Assembly: GCA_963804645.1 (NCBI GenBank)
Contig: CAWDRG010000005.1
Coordinates: forward strand, 160,001 to 224,000
DNA length: 64,000 bases
Source of the DNA: an uncultured Bacillota bacterium
GTDB lineage: Bacteria; Sysuimicrobiota; Sysuimicrobiia; Sysuimicrobiales; Segetimicrobiaceae
Direction of reading: 5' to 3'
This document shows positions 49,687 through 58,692 of this stretch, in pieces. Numbering within the stretch: the stretch's first letter is position 1; each line of letters starts with the position of its first letter. The notes beneath the pieces were generated by a model. That model made no database searches, had not been told where the DNA came from, and worked only from the letters and a program-made list of their open reading frames with translations. The position numbers were made by a program, and so were the translations under genes.

Positions 49687-50670
49687 CTAGTAGTTGATGA
49701 CCGCGCGCGCGGCCGTCGCGATCGTCTCTGGGTTCGGCATGAACCATTCCTCGTACGCGTGGGCGAACGGCACGCCCGGGACGTCGGGGCCGCAGCACCG
49801 GGTCGGCGGCGCGTCGAGGTGGGCGAATCCCTCCTCGGCGATCGTGGCGATGATCTCGGCGCCGAACCCGGCGAACCGATTATCCTCGTGCACGACGAGC
49901 GCGCGGCTGGTCCGCGCGACCGACTCGAGGATGGTCTGCTTGTCGAGCGGCCGGAGCGTGCGCAGATCCACGACCTCGGCCTCGATCCCGTCACGGCTCA
50001 GCAGCTCGGCCGCCGCCAGCGCCTCGTGGGTCATCAAGCCGTACGCGAAGATGCTGAGATCCCGGCCGGGCCGGCGCACCGCGGCCGGGCCGATCGGGAC
50101 GATCGCGTCGCCGTCGGGGATCTCGCCGCGGACGAGCCGGTACAGTTTCTTGTGCTCGAGATACATCACCGGGTCCTGGTCGCGGATCGCGGCCTTGAGC
50201 AGCCCTTTCGCGTCCGCCGGGGTGTACGGCGCAACCACCTTGAGCCCCGGGATATGCGCGTAGAATGCCTCGATCGACTGGGAATGATACAGGGCCCCGT
50301 GCACGCCGCCGCCCCACGGCACCCGAATCGTCATCTGACAGCCGTAATCGTTGTTCGAACGGTAGCGGACGCGCGCGACCTCGCTCAGGATCTGATTGAA
50401 CGCGGGATGGATGAAATCGGCGAACTGGATCTCGGGCACGGGCACGAGGCCGTTCGCCGCCATTCCGAAGGAGACCCCGATGATCATCGACTCCGCGATC
50501 GGCGTGTCGATCACCCGGTCGCCGCCGAACGCGGCGAAGAGACCGTCGGTCACCCCAAACACCCCGCCCTTCCGGCCGACGTCCTCGCCGAGCACGATCA
50601 CGCGCTCGTCGCGCGTCATCTCCTCCTGCAGGGCGTCGTGGATGGCCTCGAGATAGCGCCGTTCCGCCAT
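49687..50670 (-). CDS. 2-oxoacid dehydrogenase E1 beta (branched-chain type)
   Basis: GEDVG.KGGVF, DTPIAE, EIQFADF, GALYHSQS. Confidence 0.95.
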   Translation of the reverse strand: MAERRYLEAIHDALQEEMTRDERVIVLGEDVGRKGGVFGVTDGLFAAFGGDRVIDTPIAESMIIGVSFGMAANGLVPVPEIQFADFIHPAFNQILSEVARVRYRSNNDYGCQMTIRVPWGGGVHGALYHSQSIEAFYAHIPGLKVVAPYTPADAKGLLKAAIRDQDPVMYLEHKKLYRLVRGEIPDGDAIVPIGPAAVRRPGRDLSIFAYGLMTHEALAAAELLSRDGIEAEVVDLRTLRPLDKQTILESVARTSRALVVHEDNRFAGFGAEIIATIAEEGFAHLDAPPTRCCGPDVPGVPFAHAYEEWFMPNPETIATAARAVINY

Positions 50671-50672
50671 GG

Positions 50673-51728
50673 TCAGCGCGGCCGCCCGTCCGGACTATCC
50701 GCCTCGTAATACACGTAGCGCGCGGCGGTCGCGGGGTCGGGCGCCGGGGCCGTCTCCGCCACTTCGGTGCCGAGGTCCACCTCGCGCCGCACCCGGTTCG
50801 CGATCTCCCGCTCCGTAGCGTCCGTCAGCACGCCCCAGGCGCGCAGCTCTTCCGTGAACACGGGGATCGGATCGTGCTGCTTCGCGGCCGCGATCTCGTC
50901 CGCGGGCCGGTACTTGTCCTGCTGATCGTCGCTGCTGTGCCCCGTGAGGCGGGGCACCTTGATCTCGAGCAGCGTCGGCCCATCGCCGCGCCGCGCGCGG
51001 GCTACGGCCTCGCGGGCCGCGGCGTACACGTCCAGAATGTGGCGGCCGTCGACCGTCACGCCGGGAATCCCGTAGCCGGCCGCGTGCGCCGAGACGTCCG
51101 GGAGCGCCATCTGCGCCGACACCGGGACCGAAATGGCGTACCCGTTGTTCTCGACGACGAACACGACCGCGAGTTTGTGCACCGCGGCGAAGTTCAGCGC
51201 CTCGTGGAAGTCGCCCTCGCTCGTGGACCCCTCCCCGGCCTCGGTGAGGCACACCTCGCCGGTCCGCCGCAGCTTGGCCGCGAACGCCACCCCGTCCGCG
51301 TGCAGGAACTGCGTCATCAGCGGACTGCTGGTGGAGAGGATCTTGTGCCGCGAGTGACCGTAGTGGCCCGGCATCTGCCGGCCGCCGCTCGAGGGGTCGG
51401 TCGCCTTGCTCAGCTGGATCAAAAAGATCTCGGCGGGGGGCATGCCCTTGACCAGCACCGACCCCACCGAACGGTAGTATGGGATCAGCCAGTCCTTCTC
51501 GCGGTCGAGCGCGAACACCGCGCCGACCTGCGCGCATTCGTGCCCCTGCCCGGAGATCACAAACGCCGCCTTTCCCGACCGCTGCAGCGCCCACATCCGC
51601 TCGTCGACGGCCCGGGCGAGGCGCACGTAATAGTACATGTCGAGGAGGTCCGCGTCCGTGACCCCCCCGGCCCGCGGCGAGCGCTCCCCCTCGCGGGTCT
51701 TCACCGCCCTGATCTCCCGTGCGCTCAT
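50673..51728 (-). CDS. 2-oxoacid dehydrogenase E1 alpha (branched-chain type)
   Basis: GRQMPGH, GEGSTSEGDFHE..N, ENN.YAIS, HSSDD. Confidence 0.95.
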   Translation of the reverse strand: MSAREIRAVKTREGERSPRAGGVTDADLLDMYYYVRLARAVDERMWALQRSGKAAFVISGQGHECAQVGAVFALDREKDWLIPYYRSVGSVLVKGMPPAEIFLIQLSKATDPSSGGRQMPGHYGHSRHKILSTSSPLMTQFLHADGVAFAAKLRRTGEVCLTEAGEGSTSEGDFHEALNFAAVHKLAVVFVVENNGYAISVPVSAQMALPDVSAHAAGYGIPGVTVDGRHILDVYAAAREAVARARRGDGPTLLEIKVPRLTGHSSDDQQDKYRPADEIAAAKQHDPIPVFTEELRAWGVLTDATEREIANRVRREVDLGTEVAETAPAPDPATAARYVYYEADSPDGRPR

Positions 51729-51829
51729 GTGGCCTCTCCTCCGTGGGATGTGCGTCCTGCCGTCATGAGCTGTATTCCCTCAGTTTTCGCGCTCCACGCG
51801 GGCCCTCCTCCCCCAAAAGCCGCCCCGGC

Positions 51830-53227
51830 TCAGCCGTGGATGGCGCGGCCCAGGGCGCCGAGCGCGGCTTCCGCCATCGCCTCCGACAGGGTCGGGTGCG
51901 CGTGCACCGATTGGCCGATCTCCACGACGGTGGCCTCCAGGGCCCGACCGAGCACCCCTTCCGGCAGCAGCTCGGTCACCTGGGGCCCGACCAGGTGCAC
52001 CCCGAGGATCTCGCCCAACTCGCGATCGGCCACGATCTTCACGAGGCCCTCCCGCTGCCCGAGGATCATGGCGCGCGCGTTCGCGGTGAACGGAAACCGC
52101 CCCACCGACACCTCGCGCCCCGCCTCGCGCGCCTGCTTCTCGGTGAGGCCCACGCTCGCCACCTGCGGGATCGAGTAGGTGGCGCGCGGCATCAGCAGCG
52201 GATCAACCGTACGGGGGTGCTGCCCCGCGATCGCCTCCACCGCGGCCTCGGCCTCGGCGGACCCGACGTGGGCGAGCAGGAGCCCGCCGATCACATCGCC
52301 CGCCGCGTAGACCGTGGGCGCGGAGGTCTGCATCTGCGCGTTCACGACAATCCCGCCGCGCCCCACCTGCACGCCGGCCGCGTCGAGCCCGAGGCCGTCC
52401 GTGAGCGGCACGCGGCCGACCGCGACCAGCGCGTACTCCGCGCGGAGCGATTCCTCGGTGCCGTCCCCGACCCGGACGGTGACCGTCACGCCGTCGGCGG
52501 CCGCCGCCGCGCCCGTCACGGCGGTACCCGTCCGCACCGTCACGCCCCGCCGCTCGAGCGCCTTGGCCACGACCGCGGCCACCTCTTCGTCCTCGAGCGG
52601 GAGGATCGAGGGCAGGAACTCGATCAGCGTCACCTCCGCGCCGAACGCCGCGAACACGCTGGCAAACTCCGTGCCCACCGCTCCCGCGCCCAGGATCGCG
52701 ATCGACTTGGGCACCGTCGGGAGCGCGAGCGCACCGGTGCTGTCGAGGATCCGGCCGTTGTCGATCGTCACGCCCGGCAGGCTGCGCGGCCGCGAGCCGG
52801 TCGCGATGAGAATGTGCTTGGTCTCAAGATCGACCTCGGAGCCGTCGGTCGCGGACACGTGCACGCGCGTCGGCCCCGCGAGGCGGCCCGTGCCGTGGAA
52901 CATGGCGATGTGGTGCTTCCGCATCAGGTACTCGACGCCGCGGAAGTTGGTCGTGACGACGCGGTCTTTGCGCTTGTGCACCAGCGGGTAGTCCAGCCGC
53001 ACGCCGTCCGTGACGATCCCCATCTCGCTGGACGCCCGCATCTCCTCGAGCAGCTCCGCGGTGTGCAGCAGGACCTTGGTCGGAATACAGCCCACGTGCA
53101 GGCACGTGCCGCCCACCTTCTCACGCTCGACGAGCGCGGTGCTCAGACCGAGCTGCGACGCGCGGATCGCGCCGACGTATCCCGCGGGGCCGCCGCCGAT
53201 GATCACGAGATCGAATGCGTTGTCCAC
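51830..53227 (-). CDS. lpdA: Dihydrolipoyl dehydrogenase
   Basis: GGGPAGY, GGTCLHVGCIP, HAHPTLSE. Confidence 0.96.
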   Translation of the reverse strand: MDNAFDLVIIGGGPAGYVGAIRASQLGLSTALVEREKVGGTCLHVGCIPTKVLLHTAELLEEMRASSEMGIVTDGVRLDYPLVHKRKDRVVTTNFRGVEYLMRKHHIAMFHGTGRLAGPTRVHVSATDGSEVDLETKHILIATGSRPRSLPGVTIDNGRILDSTGALALPTVPKSIAILGAGAVGTEFASVFAAFGAEVTLIEFLPSILPLEDEEVAAVVAKALERRGVTVRTGTAVTGAAAAADGVTVTVRVGDGTEESLRAEYALVAVGRVPLTDGLGLDAAGVQVGRGGIVVNAQMQTSAPTVYAAGDVIGGLLLAHVGSAEAEAAVEAIAGQHPRTVDPLLMPRATYSIPQVASVGLTEKQAREAGREVSVGRFPFTANARAMILGQREGLVKIVADRELGEILGVHLVGPQVTELLPEGVLGRALEATVVEIGQSVHAHPTLSEAMAEAALGALGRAIHG

Positions 53228-53323
53228 AGGTCCCCCCTTTGATCAGCAAAACGCCGCGGATCGTCGTCTCGTTCCCGGCGCCGCGGCCCCGTCAGGGCCG
53301 GCGTCGGGACGCCCGCGGCCGCC

Positions 53324-53743
53324 TCACGGCTCGTCGAGCCGAAGATCCGCGATCGGGCGCCGGCCGCCGTAGCCCTCGTTCACTCCGTGCCAAAATGCGA
53401 TCGCGGGTTCGTCGAGATGCCAGCAGAGAAAGACCGTCGCCCCGTCGCGCGCCCGATGCGCAAAATCCACGAGACCGCGGTCCACGTCGCGCAGAATACA
53501 GCCCGTCGCCTCGATCTCCTGCGCGACGGCGACCAGACGCGTCGTCACGCGGTCGAGCGTCTGCTGCTCGTCCCCGAGCCGGGCGAGCACCGGCGCCCCG
53601 TGCTCCAGTTTCTGCCACAACAGATCGAGTTCGGTCTTCTTGAGAACCGCCTCGTCCCGCAGTCGGCGCAGCCCACCGAGCATGTCGCGCAGCCGGGGCA
53701 GCAGCGCCGAGGCTTCCGCCAGGTCGAAGTAGCGCAGGGCCAC
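53324..53743 (-). CDS. DUF2203 domain protein
   Basis: F.L.EA..LLP, G...RD...GLVDF, LCW...E..I..WH....GY.GRRP. Confidence 0.85.
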   Translation of the reverse strand: MALRYFDLAEASALLPRLRDMLGGLRRLRDEAVLKKTELDLLWQKLEHGAPVLARLGDEQQTLDRVTTRLVAVAQEIEATGCILRDVDRGLVDFAHRARDGATVFLCWHLDEPAIAFWHGVNEGYGGRRPIADLRLDEP

Positions 53744-53750
53744 GGCGCGC

Positions 53751-54374
53751 CTACCTGCGGCGGCGTCGGGTGCGTCGTACCGGGCGTCCGCTGGCGTCCC
53801 GGCGCGGCGGGCGCGGCCCGGCCCGGAACGGGCCCCGCTCGCGATCCCGCGCCCGAGCGCCCCGCGGGCTGTCGAGTCGGTCGAGGAAGAGAATCCCGTC
53901 GAGATGATCGATCTCGTGCTGCAGGATGCGGGACAGAAATCCGGTCGCCCGCACCCGCACCTGCCGGCCGGTGACGCTTCGCGCGTCCACCTCCACCCCG
54001 AACGCACGGCGCACGTCTGCGACGACCCCCGGCATGCTCAGGCATCCCTCCGGACCCAGCTGGCTGCCCCAGCGCCGGCGCATGCGGGGATTGACGAGCG
54101 CCAGCAGGTCCGTCCCCGTCCCCGCGATGAGCACGCGGGCCGGCACCCCAATCTGCGGCGCCGCGATCCCCACGCCCCGCGCGCGGCGCATCGTCACGAT
54201 GAGATCGGCGATCAGCTCCCGCACCTCGCGGCTGACGGCACGCACCGGACGGCTGCGCGTAAAGAGCACCGACGCGTCCGCGGAGCCGATGGTCACGATG
54301 CGGCGGTTGCGCCCGCGTATCCTGCGCGGGTGCGGTTGGGAGGCACGACGCCTTACCGGGCGTTGCGAAGCCAC
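53751..54374 (-). CDS. def: Peptide deformylase (start uncertain, 54374 or 54296)
   Basis: GVGIAAPQIG, EGCLS, QHEIDHLDG. Confidence 0.92.
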   Translation of the reverse strand: MASQRPVRRRASQPHPRRIRGRNRRIVTIGSADASVLFTRSRPVRAVSREVRELIADLIVTMRRARGVGIAAPQIGVPARVLIAGTGTDLLALVNPRMRRRWGSQLGPEGCLSMPGVVADVRRAFGVEVDARSVTGRQVRVRATGFLSRILQHEIDHLDGILFLDRLDSPRGARARDRERGPFRAGPRPPRRDASGRPVRRTRRRRR

Positions 54375-54484
54375 GCCGATAGTGTTGGGTGGCGCAGCAC
54401 CAAATCCCTTGCCGCGGTGCCCGCGGCCGGCCGAATTCGCGTGCGTGTTCGACGGGATGCGCCCGGCCCCCAGCGGCGGCCGGC

Positions 54485-55882
54485 CTATCCGCCGGGCGGT
54501 CGTCGAACGCGGCTCCTCGGGAGTGCCGCGCAGATATCCCCGTGCCCCAAAATGGACAGCGCCCGACACACATTCACGCGCCCGAGACGCCGACCTGGAA
54601 CCTGAATCGGATCGGCGCCGTCACGGAGCGCGGCGATGGCTTCCGAGGGGTTGGAACGACCCTCCGCCTCGATGAGCAGTGCAAGCACGCCGCTGGTCAC
54701 CGCGGCTGCGTAGGACGTGCCGCTGACGAACGCGTAGCGGCCGTCGGGAACCGTCGTCAGGATATCCACTCCCGGCGCCAGCAGCGACACATACGATCCG
54801 AGATTTGAGTGCCCGTCCAGCATGTCTTGGTTATTGGTGGCGGCGACCGCGACGACACCGGGCAACGCGGCGGGGTACTCGGGAGGGCCGTGGGGCCCGT
54901 TGTTCCCCGCCGCTGCCACCACGATCACCTGGTGCACCAGGATCGCCTCAAGCACGATCCGGTCGACCACGGTGTTCGGCGGTCCGCCGAAACTGAGATT
55001 GAGAATCTGCACGCCGCGACTCACGGCCAGGTCGACTCCCTGGGCGACGCGGTCGGCCGGGCACTCCGCTTGGAGGGACCCAGGTGATTCGGCCGCACAG
55101 GCCTGAATCGACACGAGCGTCGCCGCCGGCGCAATGCCTAGCACGCCGCCGTCGATCCCGCGCGCCGCGACAATCCCAGCGATGGCGGTGCCGTGCGCGT
55201 CGGACCTCATCTCAGGACGGCCTGCAATCAAGGTCTCGCTGGCCGCCACGGCGCCGCGGAGATCGGGATGAGACGTATCGATTCCCGTATCCACAATGCC
55301 GATCAACACGTCGCGTCCCCGGAGGACCGCGTGGGCCCGCTGGACGCCGGTCAGGGGCAGCGCGTATTCCTGAGAGACGAGCGGCTCTGCGAGTGTTTCA
55401 AACGTTTCCACCGCGTCGACATCAGACTCGACGACGCCAGGCTCCTGCCTTAGGTCGACGCCGATGCTCTCCGCGGACCGCTGATCGGGTACGCCGAACA
55501 CCACCATCGTCGCGCCGATAGACAACAGGACAGCCTCAGACTGCACGCGCAGCCCGTGCCGGCCCGCGAGAACCCGAGCCAGCGCATCCGCGTCGGCGGG
55601 GTCACGAGGCGCCAGAAGGGTGACGATCTGTTGTGGTACGGCGCGCCCCGACGGGTACGTCGCCGGGGCGAAGACGGCCCGGTCCCCGCCGACGCCCCCA
55701 AGGCCGGACTGGTCGCGCGGAACTCGCCGCGCCCCATCCCACGGCGGCACGAGCGCCGCGGTGCCCTGGCTCTCGTGCCCGCGATCCGCTGTCGCGGCGC
55801 GCGCGAAGCTGTCCCCGAGCGCCGGGCCGGCGGCAGTGATCAGCATCAACCCCAGCGCGCCGGCCAGCGCGGCGGGTTTCAT
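54485..55882 (-). CDS. Secreted S8 (subtilase) serine peptidase
   Basis: Signal peptide, prodomain, catalytic DTG / HGT / GTS and AAGN oxyanion motif. Confidence 0.93.
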   Translation of the reverse strand: MKPAALAGALGLMLITAAGPALGDSFARAATADRGHESQGTAALVPPWDGARRVPRDQSGLGGVGGDRAVFAPATYPSGRAVPQQIVTLLAPRDPADADALARVLAGRHGLRVQSEAVLLSIGATMVVFGVPDQRSAESIGVDLRQEPGVVESDVDAVETFETLAEPLVSQEYALPLTGVQRAHAVLRGRDVLIGIVDTGIDTSHPDLRGAVAASETLIAGRPEMRSDAHGTAIAGIVAARGIDGGVLGIAPAATLVSIQACAAESPGSLQAECPADRVAQGVDLAVSRGVQILNLSFGGPPNTVVDRIVLEAILVHQVIVVAAAGNNGPHGPPEYPAALPGVVAVAATNNQDMLDGHSNLGSYVSLLAPGVDILTTVPDGRYAFVSGTSYAAAVTSGVLALLIEAEGRSNPSEAIAALRDGADPIQVPGRRLGRVNVCRALSILGHGDICAALPRSRVRRPPGG

Positions 55883-56508
55883 CTCCGCACCTGAATGACC
55901 TGGGCGAACTGAATCAGCGTAGACGCCCGCAGCCGCTGCAGTGCGCTGTCCGCGGTGGCCGCAGGGTGTCCCGGTCCGATCGGCACCAACACGCTACTCA
56001 CGCCCAGCGAGCTGGGACCGCTCGTGATCGTCGCGCCGAGCGGTCCGAGCAGACCTTGGATTTGGGACATCGTGACCTGGGGGCCGAAGACAACCTGGAT
56101 CTCGGCACCGGGGCCGGTTCGGTCGGACGTCTCCGAAAGAGTGGTGAATGAACCACGCTCGCCGAGAGACGCGACCAGCACCAGGATAAGAACCGTCTGG
56201 GCGACCAACACGATCCGCACGGGTCTCGGCAGCGGCATGAACCAGCCCAGGGAGGCATCGGCGATGCGTCGCCAGCCTCCCGGACGTATCCGCTGAAGTG
56301 TCCGAGCGTACAGGTCGGCGGGGGGCAGCGGTGGCTGGTCTTCGAGCGCGCGCATCAAATTGCGGGTCGCCGCCACGTCCTGACGACACGCCGCGCAGAC
56401 CGCGAGATGCTCTTCGACGGCCCGGCGCTCCTCCTGGCTGAGTGTGCCGTTGATGTACCAGGGGATCAGTTCTGCCCGCTCCGGCGCCACGCATGTCTCA
56501 GGATTCAT
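55879..56508 (-). CDS. Zinc-binding anti-sigma factor (zf-HC2) with TM and external domain
   Basis: LIPWY.NG.L...E...VE.HL..C..C, single TM, ~85-aa C-domain. Confidence 0.9.
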   Translation of the reverse strand: MNPETCVAPERAELIPWYINGTLSQEERRAVEEHLAVCAACRQDVAATRNLMRALEDQPPLPPADLYARTLQRIRPGGWRRIADASLGWFMPLPRPVRIVLVAQTVLILVLVASLGERGSFTTLSETSDRTGPGAEIQVVFGPQVTMSQIQGLLGPLGATITSGPSSLGVSSVLVPIGPGHPAATADSALQRLRASTLIQFAQVIQVRR

Positions 56509-57022
56509 CCGCCACCCCTGCCGCCTCAAGGAGCGTGTGCAGCTTCTTCCGGGCATAGAACATGCGTGTCTTGACCGTGTTCACGGGAATTCGCAGGATC
56601 TGCGCGATGTCCGGGTAGGCGAAGCCGTGATAGAACGTCAGCTCGACCACGTCGCGCTGCCCCGCAGGAAGGGTCTCCACCGCACGGCGAATCCGGTCGG
56701 CCACGTCCGCGCGCTCGGCCGCGTTCGCCGGGTCGCCGTTCGCCGACAGCAATTCCCCTTCCTCAAGCGACGCGTGGGGTCGCTGCCGCCGCCGCGCTCC
56801 GGCGAGACGATGGTGTGCGATGCCGAAGATCCACGTCGACGCGCGTGACTCGCCCCGGAACCCCCGCGCCCCTCGCCAAACCGCTGCCATGGTTTCGCAG
56901 ACGAGGTCTTCGGCCAAGGGCGCATCGTGAGTGGCGCGCAGGAAGTATGCGTACAGCGGTCGCTCGAATCGCCGGAACAGGCGCTCAAATGCCGCATGGT
57001 CGCCCGCCGCGGTGCGGCCCAC
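56498..57022 (-). CDS. ECF sigma factor
   Basis: GD..AF..L, AEDL, F.G.S..STWIFGIA, Y..IA.IL.IPVNTVKTRM. Confidence 0.92.
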   Translation of the reverse strand: MGRTAAGDHAAFERLFRRFERPLYAYFLRATHDAPLAEDLVCETMAAVWRGARGFRGESRASTWIFGIAHHRLAGARRRQRPHASLEEGELLSANGDPANAAERADVADRIRRAVETLPAGQRDVVELTFYHGFAYPDIAQILRIPVNTVKTRMFYARKKLHTLLEAAGVADES

Positions 57023-57356
57023 GAGGATGTCCAGCGTCGCATTCTCTTCGGTGGGCAGGGCGACACGACCGTTGAGGGACTTAACGTCTGAGACTTCGCC
57101 GGAGTCTCCCGATGGCCCTGTGGAACGTCCGCACGTGGTCGGCCGCGGGCGTTCCCCAGTCCCTGTCTCGCCCGGGACCGCCGACCCCCCTCTGGATCTG
57201 CGCGGCAGTCGTCGGTCGTGTGCGTACGTGTGTCGTCCCGACCCGAGACCATGGGACCCCGACGATCACCCGTGACCGGGGACACCGGTCCCGCCCAGCG
57301 GAGCGCCCGCGTGCGAATGGGGCGCCCGATCACCGGCCCGCGCGTGCCCGGAGCCA

Positions 57357-58001
57357 TCAGGAATCACTCCCGCCGCTCTCCGCCTCCAACGCCGCGCACA
57401 AACGCAGCACGGCATGCAACACCCAGATCCGCACGGCCTCGAGGGGCGCGCCGGTCCGCGCCGCGATCTCCCGTTGCGTCAGTTCCCCGTAGTACGCGAG
57501 CACGAACACGGTCCGCTGTTCAAACGGGAGGGCTTCGACCACGTGCTTGACGAGATCGTCTGGTACCGCCCCCATCGCGTAGGCCACAATGCCGGCATCG
57601 TGCGTCACCGGCCCCGCCGCGGTCCCTTCGGGGTCGCTCCGGCGGCGGGCCGCGGATAAGCTTCTCTCGAGGGCGAGCGATAAGATCCAGTGATCTGGGT
57701 CTCCCCGCTCAGGGTCTAACGCCAGGGGGGCCCGCCAAATCACCAGGAACGTCTCCCGGGCAACCTGCTGTGCGGCCGCGCGATCCTGAAGAATCCCATA
57801 GGCCAGCGTCGACACCGCGCGGCCGTAACGGTCGCACAGCGCCCGCAACGCGTCCACGTCCGACTGCGCAACGCGCTTGAGCAGCGTCCCGTTATCAACC
57901 GCGGGTGCGTCCCCGCCTGCCACTCCCAATGGTACCTCCGCGTTGATCCCCGAGGGTTTCGTACCGTCGAGTATGTGTCGATCCACGCGCGATCGGTTCA
58001 T
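57357..58001 (-). CDS. Divergent ECF sigma factor (SigK-like), no adjacent anti-sigma
   Basis: D..AL..L.DRY, F..IWR....DP.RG....W, LAYY..LTQ.EIA...G.PL; several conserved residues altered. Confidence 0.75.
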   Translation of the reverse strand: MNRSRVDRHILDGTKPSGINAEVPLGVAGGDAPAVDNGTLLKRVAQSDVDALRALCDRYGRAVSTLAYGILQDRAAAQQVARETFLVIWRAPLALDPERGDPDHWILSLALERSLSAARRRSDPEGTAAGPVTHDAGIVAYAMGAVPDDLVKHVVEALPFEQRTVFVLAYYGELTQREIAARTGAPLEAVRIWVLHAVLRLCAALEAESGGSDS

Positions 58002-58247
58002 GGCACCGGAGGGTATCCCGACCACGGTCTCGGCGCTCCAGCGATGAACCGATCATGGGTCCCGCGACACATACGTTCCTGACGGGGCCCAGCGGGACCG
58101 ATGATCCGACGCGGCGATGGAACGCGTGGCCGCGTCGGTGCCGCTTCGAAGCTGAAGGAGACGGGCACCCGGTCGACATCACTGCGCCTCTGCACAGCGG
58201 CTCGTGGGCTGGGCGGTGGGGCACGAAGGCAAGGAACGGAGTGACAC

Positions 58248-58547
58248 GTGAGACACGAACGCGCGCATCCCCTTGCCGGGAAGACGGTCCGGCTGCGTCT
58301 GCGCCAAGAAGACGTGCACCTCAACACGGGAGATCGCTACCGTCTTGAGGATTGGTGGGACCGGGTCTCTGCCGGCTCGTGGATGGACTGCATGCCCTGT
58401 TGGGCGGCGGCCGCCTACGCCCTGAGAGTACATGCCGCGGACCTGCCGGTCGATGACGAGGTCGTGTACGGACAGGTCGGCGGTGTGAGCCACCTCGTGC
58501 ATGTCAGCGAGCTGGGACCGATATTGCCAGACGATGACGTCGAGTGA
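58248..58547 (+). CDS. Small conserved hypothetical protein, phage-like
   Basis: HPLAGKTV, EDWWDRV..GSWM, LP.DDEVVYG, HLVH.SE; I recall this pattern from phage hypothetical proteins (unverified). Confidence 0.7.
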   Translation: MRHERAHPLAGKTVRLRLRQEDVHLNTGDRYRLEDWWDRVSAGSWMDCMPCWAAAAYALRVHAADLPVDDEVVYGQVGGVSHLVHVSELGPILPDDDVE

Positions 58548-58633
58548 TGGGCGTGAGCGGGGGAATCCGTTTGGAATGATGACGGTGGTGGTGGCGACCG
58601 GCTCGGTGGGCTTCGTGACCCGCCCGCCGGATG

Positions 58634-58671
58634 CGTTGAGAGCGGCCGGCCCCTCCCGTCCGCTCTCAACG
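58634..58671. terminator. 12-bp hairpin between convergent genes
   Basis: CGTTGAGAGCGG ... CCGCTCTCAACG. Confidence 0.55.
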
Positions 58672-58692
58672 ACACCGACTCGCGAACGCTGG

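Noticed and set aside
48118..53242. Long plus-strand ORFs (863, 507, 434 aa) and similar antisense ORFs throughout the window
   Set aside because: Shadow ORFs of high-GC genes, Arg/Ala/Pro-rich with no recognisable motifs
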